Below, piece by piece: positions 22,403-34,110 of a stretch of DNA of 64,000 nucleotides. Below the pieces are notes generated by a model. The model saw nothing but the letters and a program-made list of their open reading frames with translations, did not search any database and was not told where the DNA came from. Within the stretch, counting starts at the first letter, position 1. Each line of letters begins with the position of its first letter. Where the stretch lies: assembly GCA_038087875.1 (NCBI GenBank), contig JAXLNO010000350.1:124001-188000 (forward strand), written 5' to 3'. Source of the DNA: Malacoraja senta (Eukaryota). Both the position numbers and the translations under genes were made by a program.

Positions 22403-25400
22403 GTTTTACTTCGGAGTCACGTGAGTGACTACGTGAAGATTTTAAAGCTTTATGATTTCATGCCGCAGATACAAATCCCAGATTCTCACTGCATTGATTG
22501 ACTCGGAACGAGAAATAATCAATAATGCATTAATAATGACATTTGCATGACAAATGCAGTAATTCATTTATTTGAATAAAAGAATTAACAGTATCCCCTT
22601 TAACCCAGGGAAATTTAAGCAGAACTTAATATAGTATCTGCAAACAGTCCCGTATTGGCAATAGGCCGATGGTAAAAGTGTTGAAACACCAACTTATTAG
22701 ATCACCCGGCGGCTGCGAAAATATGGTCGACGGGACATCCTTCGCCCTGGTCGCCAATGTTGCTGCTAAATCGAATGGGATGTAAAACATCAATGTTCAC
22801 ACCTGCAGCAAGCAAACTTGTTTTAACCATCTTAAAATAGTCTGAACTGACACTAACTTGTATGGTTTTTCATGAATGATAAACAATCTTGTTTTCATAT
22901 TTCATAAGACCTTTGTAGCCTCAATGTATTGCAACAAATATGTCTTAACACAGACATGGATCCATGGAATATGCTAATAAAACACTCTTGAATCCTGTCA
23001 CACCTCATCCTACTTCATTTGAGTAGGTCATAAAATGTAAAACATAACATAACGCTGAGGTACTTGCATCCTGTGTATCTGTAACTTTTGTAATGTCTGC
23101 ACTCTCTGTGCTAGTTACAAGTGCCATAAGCATGACTACCTTCATGCTGAACTTGACCAAATCAGAATCGTACCAAGTCGATGAAGTAGCTTAAAACAAC
23201 TCTATATTCCAGATTCCCATCCTAGGTTTAGAAGGTCTGGAATTAAAATTCCTTTCATTAATCTGGAAATGAAAGAACGAGACTCAACAGGATGTCTTTC
23301 CGACCTCATCAATAAAAAATGAGGATAATATACTTCTGGCTGAATAAATCGCACTATAACTCAACCCCTTAAATAGAGTGTTGAGAAAACCCAAGACATT
23401 TGAGACATGTGCCGTACAACATTCCATATTCTTTTAAACACAGAAAAATGTTCCCCATTCTTTACATAATGGGAAAGCAGCATTTACAGAGTCACAACCT
23501 CAGATTCGCAAATGTACTGCTTTTGAGTACTCTTCCGCCAGACTGCTGTAAGCATGTCCACAGCATGCCCAGACAATCCTTTTAAAACCTGCAAATTAAC
23601 AGATCCATACAGGCATATAACGGATGTTAATCTCCAATTACCAGATACACCAGTAACTCCCTTCTTTTGGGAACCTTTATCAGAAACTGTCATAAATTCC
23701 AATATCAAAGGGAACCATGGCTGCGTAGACCAGTCTGGTACCACCAGTACCCCAGAGGCAGCATCCTGCTTCATTTTAAGCAGACACCAGTTTATGAGAC
23801 AGAATGATGGAAAATGCATATAAAAACATACCACCCTAATGTAGTGAGAAACATCAATTGCTGCTGTCTCCCGATGTAGTTCCCATAACACATATCTCTG
23901 TAACTGGTGATCGAGTCTGGATGGAAACAAGTCGTATCTGGCTTCCCAAATCTGACTACTATATCATTAAAATCTTAAGGTTCAACATCCATTCTTTGTT
24001 ATCATGGAAATTCCCAAAACCTGATTCAATATAGTCTGCTACTATATTGAATCTACCGAGTAGATAAATAGCTGAAACCAAATATTTGTCAACACACCAA
24101 GTCCAGATTTGATTAGCCAATTTGTCATATGACACCAACTTAATTCCACCCATACAATTAATACATGCCATTGCTGTAGTGTTGTTAATTTGAAGCTGAA
24201 CATGCAGATTAGTTGTATTTAACAATAAGCTTGGAGCTCATAAGCCTTCCAATAGCTGTAAAACGTTGATTCTCCATGTCTGCAAAATAATACTTCTTCC
24301 ATATTCCATCTGTCCACAGATGGATACCTTTTCAGTGACACCAATCCTAGTGCACTGACATCAGTCTGAAAGACCATGCAAGGCTGTTCAATCAGTATCT
24401 TGCTTGAACTACTGGAGACATGTTAAATCCACCACTGCAATCAGAAGCAGCATTTGTTGTTTAACTGCATGGCCTATCAAAAATGGCCACCATGCATCTT
24501 AGTGCCTTTTCTTTTTGCCGTCTGTAGCTGCTGGTAGTACAATGGCCCATATTGTATTGCTGGAAATAACACTAATTTTCCTAGCAAGCTGGCCACCTGT
24601 CTTAATTGAAGATTGTTGCTTTTCCAACAGCTTAATGCAACCATCAATTAGCTCTACCCTTTACCCTGTCAATTGAATCAATTGTGAAATTAAAATAATC
24701 AATTGTTGTAAGTGGCGTTAACCTTAATTTCTCTCTGGATGAATTAAACCCAACTTTCAAAAGTGGATTGAACAATTGAGAGAGATAACTCACTAATTCT
24801 CTTGTTCGTCCTAATTAGGACATCATCCAGTTAAGCCGACAACATCTGTCCTTGGACTCTAATTAGCCCCAAAATTGGTTTTACCAATTTAGTGAAATTC
24901 TAGGAACTGAAGTTAACCCATTAGACAGAACTTTGAATTGCCATAATTGTTCATTCAGATAAATTTCAAATATTTTTCTCTTACAAATGAACAGACACTA
25001 AGTAATATACATCTTTCAGATCTATGTGCCATATAACATATTTTGAAATAAACTGTTTGGCAGTCTCAGTCTCCATTTTGAAGTGTCTATACTTCACAAA
25101 ATTTTAAAGACTTGTCAGATCTAAAATACTCCTCACCTTTTTAGGTCGAGAAATTGTAAACACAATTTGGTGGTTTTGATAAACCGACCTTTCAATTACT
25201 TGTTTATAGACAAGTTTTCAATTCAGCTTGAACCTCCATCACTTCTTTTTGTGAAATTGGAGTGTTCTGCTTGGAACATGCTGGATGGCAGATCACTATT
25301 TGGATCAAATTAATTCGAAACCTTTGAATAATACTCAGAATAATAAATCTGAAGTAATTTGCTTCCAATATTTGGCTGTTTTTGCCTTAATATGTTCCCA

Positions 25401-26700
25401 TGAGAACCAGGTCCACCTACCTCCTTTGTCACCTGAGTGACCTGTGGTCCCTGGCTCCTGGCAGGAAAAACCCACGCTTTTTCTTTTTCCCGCTGCAGGA
25501 CAACAACTGCGCCCCTGCTTCAATGGTCGATTTGTTCCTGGTGTAGGCCCAGGGATTTTGTATAATGTCTGAAAGGAAAATGCAGACTTGCCGACCATTG
25601 ATGTTTTGATCAACCTTGCTGTTTTTGCCTCATCATCCAACTCTTTCCCACGTTTCGTGAGGTTTTTTCTCTGAAGAGTAAGTTGAATGACTGCACATTG
25701 CTGGGCTTTACAGAGTTGCTGCAACTTGGGGTTGATGGTGGACCGAATGGCATACTTCCTGAAACAATTCAGCTCGAAGTGGGCGCTACATAGCAACCCT
25801 AGTGCCACTTGATGCATCTCCATCCCTGGCCTCCATCCATTGTTTTTGCAAAATTGCAGTTGTTCATCAACCCAGCAGCTTCAATATTCTCTGCAGTTTA
25901 CTTTTCTTAGGCTCACATGCCCTCGCCCATCTGACCCCTTATATCTTGGTTCACTGCTAGTACTTTCAGCAATACGCAGTTCCTTGGGATCTCGTGCTTG
26001 TTTTGGCATTTTCATCCATCGTAAGCTACTAGAGCTGATGGAAGACACAATAGTTGTTCGCAGAGGCCACTTCCTTTCCCAGTGGCTCTCCTGACTCTGA
26101 CAGGGCAGCGAATCGTACTGCCAGGAGTAAAACATCTGGCAGCTGCCGTCAGACTCAGGGTCAGAACTCTCACAGAGCAGCAAATCGTACTACCAGGAAT
26201 AGAACATCTGGCAGCTGCCGTCTTCGCTTGTATCGGAAACTCTGCTGACCCTGTGCACGCGCCTCATCAATGAGGGTGCTCTTAAACAGCCCTTTGCAAG
26301 GTGCTGCTGACCTGGCTTCTGGAGCCTGGCTTTGGCTACACTCTCCCTGAGTGTGCTTTTCTCCAGTAACCTGTGTAACAGGCTTTTCATCTGAGAAATC
26401 CGCTCAAAAGCGGTATCCAGCCCTGGAGTCGCATCCTCCTGATCGGACTCCTCCTCCGTGGGCCTCATGGACTTGACTTTAGCCTTGTGCCCCACTGGCG
26501 CTGACTGAGTTCTTTTCAACCCAAGTCCACAGTCGCTACGCTCCCAGCCGGCGACTGTACAGGGGTCTGAGGCAACTGTTCGCCGACCGCAATCTTGCGA
26601 CTTTCCACCAGCTTTGTGGCTCGCCTCTTACCCTTGCCCGTTTTTTCCATGGCACCTGTGGAAAAAATCCCCACAGACCCACAGCAAACGGACCCGGAAA
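22101..26700 (-). mobile_element. DIRS-type tyrosine-recombinase retrotransposon, decayed, 5' terminus missing
   Basis: Order on minus strand: gag-like ORFs (25335-26650), RT (WQFKVLSNGLTSVPR, LDDV, about 24830-24945), RNase H (HVQLQINNTTAMACINCMGG), methyltransferase-like (FPSRLDHQL...VVPDWSTQPWFP), recombinase (WRKSTQKQY; LMALVT/AQRVQTL; AAG*SNKLVFQHFY). Terminal inverted repeats present at the 3' end. Confidence 0.88.
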
Positions 26701-26897
26701 CTATTGAAAAAGGTGGGGCCATGTTGGATTAACAGACGTGCACCTAGCTCCGCTCCCGAAAAATTTCACGATTTATCGTGTAAAACGGGTCCATAAATCG
26801 GGACTGGATTTAAAAACCTTACCGGAGCTTCTGGTCGCCGGGCTGATGACGTCATCAGTAAGCGCTATGTTTTAATCGGTGGTTTAAAGCCTTTTAA

Positions 26898-28050
26898 ATG
26901 AGTAAACTGTCTCCAGCCAAGAGCCCTCAGAGATCAGTGAAAAAGCTGCTGAGAAACCAGAAGAAGCCTGAAGGAGAAGTTACCTCTGAAGTTTTTGAAG
27001 TGGCTGCAGAAATGGATACAAGATCTAAGACAGAGTCTGGTAAGGACAAAGAGTTGGATGACTTGAAGAAATCTGTGAATGATATGAAAGATATGAAAGA
27101 TGAGATTTTGAATGAAAATAAAACGTAAAATATGGGAAATATGATGGAAAAAATGGAAAAGATGATGGAGGATTCAAATGCTGGTAATCAGAATGCTATT
27201 GATGCTAGTAATCAGAAGGTGATTGATTCACTGGACATTATAAATAAACGAATTGAGGATGTGAAAGATGGACTATCGGAGAGAATGGACAAGATGGATG
27301 AAACTACTACGGACAGGTTCACGGCTGTGCTTGAAACAGTAGCTGCAAGTATGTGCACAATTACGGAATTGGAGAAAAATACGGCTCGAGTGGTTGAAGA
27401 CATGGCGAAAATGAGGCAAGAATATGAGCAAATGAAGCAAGAAAATGAACAAACTTCACTATAGATGGTGATTCAACTGGGGAAAGTCTCAGACAAATGC
27501 CTGGACCTGGAAGCTCGCTCTAGACGCCAGAATTTGAGAATGTTTGGAGTCTCAGAGGGAGTCGAGGGGAAGGACGTTCGTGAGTTTGCCATGGGCTTAC
27601 TTAAACAACTGCTTAATCTTTCCAAAGAACCGAAAATTGAAGTGGCTCATCGTGTTCCAAGATTTAAACAGAGATCTGATGCTGGAAAAAGTCACCCACG
27701 ACATATTATTGTGAAATTTCGGGATATTTTAGAACTGGAAGATGTTATGAGCAAAATCAAGTACGGAGTGCAGCTGCGGGTGGACAATGACATTATCAAG
27801 ATATTCAGGGACTATCCGTATGAAATTGCAAAAGAGAAACCAATTTGGGAAGGTTAAAGATCTTTTAAGAGGGAAACAAGGGATCAGATACGGGGTTTTT
27901 TATCCCGCTAAAATGCGTATTTCTTTCAAGGGTTCTGAAAAGTCATTTGCAAAACCAAAAGATGCGTTCAAATATGCCCAGAGTATCGTTGAAAAATATA
28001 AATTAAATGGAGGTTTGGCAGATCTGAACCATTCCAAGCAATGTTTTGTC
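26898..28050 (+). pseudogene. L1 ORF1p (coiled coil + RRM + CTD), disrupted
   Basis: DLEARSRRQNLRMFGVSEGVE, AHRV, PRHIIVKF, YPAKMRI motifs. Split by stops at 27128 and 27464 and a frameshift near 27835. Confidence 0.88.
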
Positions 28051-28283
28051 TTGGGATGGCTAGAATGTTATCTATGGAACTTTGAATCAAGGACACTCTC
28101 TGTTCAAAATGAGTAAACAGCTGACCAGAAATGAATGGTATATACCAGAAGCATTATCTGTGTAATAGACTACAATATTAAATCCAATCGTAAGAACTTA
28201 TCCTAGTAACAACTTAATAAGTTATTCATGTTAGATTAGAATGCTAACAAAAATTTAAAAAATATATCTCTATCTATCTATCT

Positions 28284-29335
28284 TCTATATTATACTTTTA
28301 AAACTCTGTGGCTGTCGTCCGTCCGTGCGGCTGTACGTCCAACGTTCTGCTTGCCGCGCAGCCTTTGACACCGCCCCGCGCCCACACAGCGCGCGGAAAG
28401 GCCCATATTTTTGACCATTTCCAAAGAGATTACATTTATCTTTACAAAAAGCCACTCCTGATTAAATTCTGTACTGTTTATGTACACGTTTTTAAATAAA
28501 ATCCATCCCCCCCCAACCCCAATGTGATTTTCTCCGATTGTCTCCGATTTTCTCCGAAAACGACGCCATCTTTTTCCCCCCGATTTTTTCCAAAAACGAC
28601 GCCATCTTTTTTTTGCCGATTTTCACCCAGGGGTCTGAAGCACGTTCGGGAACAACACCCCGGGGTGTCATCCATCCCCCCACCAACCCCAATTTGATTT
28701 TCTCCCATTTTCTCAAAAAACGCGCCATCTTTTTTCGCAGATTTTCTCCGATTTTTCCCGAAAACGACGCCATCTTTTTTCCCCCGATTTTCACCCAGGG
28801 GTCTGAAGCACGTTCGGGAAAAACACCCAGGGGTGTCAAGCACTTTCGGGGACCAGACCCAACGGGTCTGCACTTGGTCTAGTATACTTTTAAAACTCTC
28901 TGGCTGTCGTCCGTCTGTACGTCCAACGTTCTGCTTGTCTGTACGTCCAACGTTCTGCTTGACCTGTACGCCGCCTTTGATACCGCCCCTGGCCCACACG
29001 GCGCGCGGAAAGGCCCATATTTTTTACCATTTTCAAAGAGATGACATTTATCTTTACGAATAGCCACTGCTGATTAAATTCGGTCCTGTTTATGTACACG
29101 TTTTTTAATAAAATGCACCCCCCCCCACCCCCGTGTGATTTTCTCCGATTGTCTCCGATTTTCTCCGAAAACGACGCCATCTTTTTTTCGCCGATATTCT
29201 CCGATTTTTTCCAAAAACGACGCCATCTTTTTTCCGCCGATTTTCACCCCGGGGTCTGAATCACGTTCTGGAACAACACCCCGGAGTGTCAAGCACTTTC
29301 GGGGACCAGACCCAACGGGTCTGCACTTGGTGTAG
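28284..29335 (+). mobile_element. Head-to-tail dimer of a short non-autonomous Helitron in the L1 inter-ORF spacer
   Basis: TCTATATTATAC 5' end. Each unit ends in hairpin cagaccc-aac-gggtctg followed by cacttggtCTAG (28879-28882) or cacttggtGTAG (29332-29335). Units 28284-28882 and 28883-29335. Confidence 0.8.
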
Positions 29336-29921
29336 TATATATATAAAAATAATGAACTAACATACTAATACGCATTTTTAACAAATTTAAACCTTATCTA
29401 TAATTGGGAGGAGGGGATGAGAAATGAGCACCTGGCTTACGTCCAGGGGCACGTCTCGTTAACCCCTTCAACCAACAGTTGACCATTATGGAAGTCAAAA
29501 GTATCTGTTTAATAATTAGTAGCTAAAATTGCAATATATACATGATATGTTATAATGAAATATATAGGGTAAAATTGTATTATATATTTGAATGTGAGGC
29601 CCCGTTTTAATATTTTAATATGTTATGATTAACCAAGAGAGCGGAGCTATTTGTTTAACATCACAATGGAAGTCGAAACAAGGTTTTCTCCCACCTACAG
29701 GTGGGCCACTTGCTACAGTGCCGACTATATTAGACACTGTATTTTCACTTTTTTCGTGTTTTTTTTATTATCACATAAACTCACATGTTTGTGTTTTGTG
29801 TTTAGTGATAAGCGTAAAAGGGATATACCAACAAAACTTAGAAATTCAAAAGTTCCCCCAATACCCAAAGACCTGGGATATGGATGCACCACAAGATTTA
29901 AAGGTACTATAATTATTCAAA

Positions 29922-32900
29922 ATGCAAGATGCTAAGCAAAAGAACCTAGGAGGAGTCTTATTCTGTAGTTGGAATATAAGAGGTATTAACGAACCTATTA
30001 AAAGGGGTAAGATACTAGCTCAGCTGAAACTGTACAACGCTGACATTATCTTCTTACAAGAAACTCATTTAAAATCTCAGGATCAAGCTAGGTTGAGGGC
30101 GAAATGGATAGGTCAAACATACCATTCTTCATTTACTTCGAAATCTAGAGGTACGGCAATCATTATAAGAAAAGGTATATCATTTAAAGCAAAGAATATC
30201 ATAACAGACATCGAAGGGAGATACTTAATAGTTAATGGAGAAATTCATGATACTCCAATTACCTTGGTAAATATATATGCGCCTAACTTTGACAAACCTC
30301 ATTTTTAAAATAAAATTTTGAACATAATTGCAGAGTCTAACTATCAAAATGTTATAATAGGAGGAGACTTTAACTGTGTTTTAGATCTGTATTTAGATAA
30401 ATCAAGCCAAAAACAGAGAGGGAATATGAAATCTAAAACCGGTGAACTCCTCAATACTTACATAAACAATACTAATATAGCAGATGTTTGGAGAATTGTT
30501 AATCCAACTGGCAGGGAATACTCGTTTTATTCAATGATACACAAAACATACTCACGTATAGACTATGTCCTGGTGGATACAAAATTAATCCCTTATACTT
30601 TTAACCCAATATACCATACAAGTTCGATTTCAGATCATTCACCATTAACTTTCTTTTTAAAACTGGAAGGAATGTCTAAGAATAAATCGTTTTGGAGATT
30701 TAATTCTCAAATCCTAAAAGATCCACAAGCGAGTATATATTTAAAAGAACAAATGGATGCCTTTTTTCAAATAAATGACACTCCAGATATATCGCCTACT
30801 GTATTATGGGAATCTTTTAAAGCATACATCAGGGATATTATAATTTCATATCAAGCTTTTCAAAATAAAAAGAATAAGAATGAACAAAGACAGTTAGAAG
30901 AACTTATTAGACAAATGGATATAGATAATGCTAAAGATCCATCAATAGATAAACATAATAAAATAATAATTTTGAAATTTAAATTAAATAAACTATTATC
31001 AGCCAAATTTATAAGACTTTTTCTAATTACAAAACAAGAGCACTTTGAATTTGGGGATAAACCGCATAAACGTTTGGCTCGTCAGCTAAAAAAACGAGAA
31101 AAAGAACATACGATCCCAAAGATTAAATCAGATAAAGGCGAATTATTAACCATACCGAAGGATATTAATAAAAGATTTGCGCAATTTTATGAGAATTTGT
31201 ATACATCTAAAACGACAACTGACTCCAATAAAATCACAGAGTTTTTGGATAATTGTAATCTTCCAAAGTTAGTGTTGAAGGAACAAGAGGAATTGGGTGC
31301 ACAAATCTCAATGAAGGAATTAGAAGATACAATAAACTCACTAAAGAATGGAAAAACACCAGGTCCTGATGGATTTACCAATGAATTTTATAAAAGCTTC
31401 TATGACAAAATTATACCAAGATTACAAAAAATGTACCAATATGCTTTTAAAAAACAAATACTACCTGATACATTAGCGGAATCAACGATTACACTAATAC
31501 TTAAGAAAGACAAAGATATAGAAGAACCGGGTTCATATAGAGCTATAGCATTGTTAAACACAGATCAAAAAATATTAGCAAAAACATTAGCTAGAAGATT
31601 AAGTAAATATATTAGTAACCTAATAAACCCAGATCAGACGGGGTTTATCCCTAAGAGATACTCATCTAACAATATGAGACGTTTACTCAACATAATGCAC
31701 TCACACAAATCTGAAGAACAAGAATTATCAATTATTTCGCTGGATGCTGAAAAAGCATTTGACCAAGTAGAATGGAATTATATGGATAAAGTATTACAAA
31801 AATCCAACTGGGAGAGAAATTTATTCTATGGATTAAATTATTATATAATAAACCTACAGCTAGAATACTAACTAATATATTATCCTCGAAATTTCAACTA
31901 TCAAGGGGAAATAGCCAAGGATGCTCATTATCACCACAGTTGTTTGCTCTTATTATTGAACCGTTAGCAGAAAAAATTAGAATACACCCTGATATCCATG
32001 GGTATAATACTAAAGATTCAAATAATAAAATATCTTTATACGCGGATGATATATTACTGTACATTACAAAACCTCAAATTACTATACCAAATATATTAAA
32101 TTTAATTGAAGACTTTGGATCTTTTTCTGGATACAGAATAAATTGGAATAAAAGTGAAATTATGTCAATAAAACCGAAAGATTCAACACATCTTTTAAAA
32201 TTCCCTTTTAAAATAGCTACAGAAAAATTCAAATACTTGGGAATCGAAATTACTAGAACATATCAAGGTATGTTTAAAGCAAATTTTGATCCCCTACTTA
32301 ATAAATTAAACACACTAATTACATTTTGGAAAACGCTCCCGATGTCTTTAATAGGCCGAATAAATGCAATAAAAATGATCTTTCTACCACAAATTTTATA
32401 CCTATTCCAATCGATTCCTATATATTTACCAAAGAAGTTTAAAAAAAAACTGGACTCAGATATCACTAATTTTATATGGGACTATAAATCACATAGAATA
32501 CAAAAAACTCACTTGAATAAACCTAAAGTATTAGGTGGTTTAGCACTACCTAATTTCATGTATTATTATTCGTCAGTAAATATTAAAAATATGATTCAAC
32601 TGATGGATAACTCTGCCCAGCAAGTGGACTGGATTGTAATGGAAAGAGGATTGCTCCTCTAGAAACATTGGAGCGATCCTCCTCTCACCAATGAAACTGA
32701 ATAACATAAATTATAATAAGAACCCAATTATACATAGCACAATCCGAATTTGGAAACAAATAAAACAAAATTTAAAATTAAGAAATCTATCACTTTTATC
32801 TCCCATAGTTAATAACCCTTCGTTTAATCCCTCTATTATAGATAAATCTTTCACACACTGGGATAGACTAGGAATTAAAACGTTCGGTGACTTGTATGAA

Positions 32901-33707
32901 ACTGGAAAATTACTTTCATTTCAACAATTACAAATAAAATATAAACTCGGAAATAATCAATATTTTAAATATTTTCAAATATGCGACTATTTGAAAAAAT
33001 ATACAAAAGATCATTATAATAACCCAGTAGATGTATTGGATGAGGCAATGCAGATAAAAGCTGAATCAGCAAACTTAATATCATATTTCTATAATATTAT
33101 CTTAAATGTAGAAATACCATCTACGGAGGGTATCAGAAGAGACTGGGAACAAGAATTAGCTATTAAAATCTCAAAGGAAAGGTGGAATGAACACTTATTA
33201 AACGTGCATAAATGTTCGATTAATGCAAGACACATTTTAATACAATTTAAAATCTTACATAGATTATATTATTCCAAAACTAAAATCCATAAAATTTTCC
33301 CCAATGTATCATCCATTTGTGATAAATGTCAATCCCAAGAAGCTACTATAGCGCACTCATTTGTTTTCTGTACAAAAATTCAAAAATTTTGGATTGAAAT
33401 TTTTGAAATCTTTACAAAATTATTAAAAATAAAACTGATACCCAAAGCAGAATGGATTATCTTCGGAATAACGGAAGATGGTCCAGAACTAAATGTGTTC
33501 CAAAAGAAACTAATAGACTATGGGTTAATAACTGGAAAAAAGCTAATCCTAAAATTTTGGAAACAGGCTCCAATACAAACTATAAACATGTGGATTTCAA
33601 ATATGTTCGAAACATTACACCTAGAAGAGATAAGACTCCTCCTGGCAGGTAAACCAGATCACTTCCACCTGACGTGGTCTGCATTTATAGAATTATTACA
33701 AATATAG
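29922..33707 (+). pseudogene. L1 ORF2p (endonuclease, RT, C-terminal Cys domain), disrupted
   Basis: SWNIRG, LQETH, GGDFN, RIDY, SDH; PGPDG, SLDAEKAFD, YADD; CDKC...HSFVFC. Stop at 30308 and frameshifts near 31800-31920 and 32650. Confidence 0.93.
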
Positions 33708-34110
33708 GGTGCAAAAGTACCTTAAAAAAAAAAACTGAGGTCAGGTAAGGGGGGATGAAAGTTGGAGAGTTGGTATGTCCCATTTGCCTGATGCTTACAA
33801 AAACTATTTGTTTTTCTCTTTTGCCTCTTTCTCTTTCTTCTTTTCTAGGGTCTATTTCTGAACTCTTTTTCTTTTGTTTTTAATTTTGTTCTTATAGGGT
33901 CTTCGTTCTTTCTTGTTGTCACGTTTTCTACACTCTCACTTTTTCCTTCACTTTCTTCTTTCTCTCAATTTCATCCTTTCCCTTTACTAGTGTAAAAAAC
34001 AAACAGAGTACATTAATTGTACGAAGATATATGTGACGAGTACTAATGTATGTGGTTGTAATGTAATGTACTTCTAATAAATAAAAAATAAAAAATAAAA
34101 AATAAAAAAA

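Larger units (their letters stand above)
26712..34110 (+). mobile_element. Full-length L1 LINE (inactivated)
   Basis: GC-rich 5' UTR, ORF1, long inter-ORF spacer, ORF2, pyrimidine-rich 3' UTR, then aataaa and an A-rich tail at 34076-34110. Confidence 0.92.

Noticed and set aside
23484..23930. Adenine methyltransferase plus tyrosine recombinase as a prophage or bacterial insertion
   Set aside because: Both are standard DIRS domains here, collinear with RT/RNase H and the ITR.
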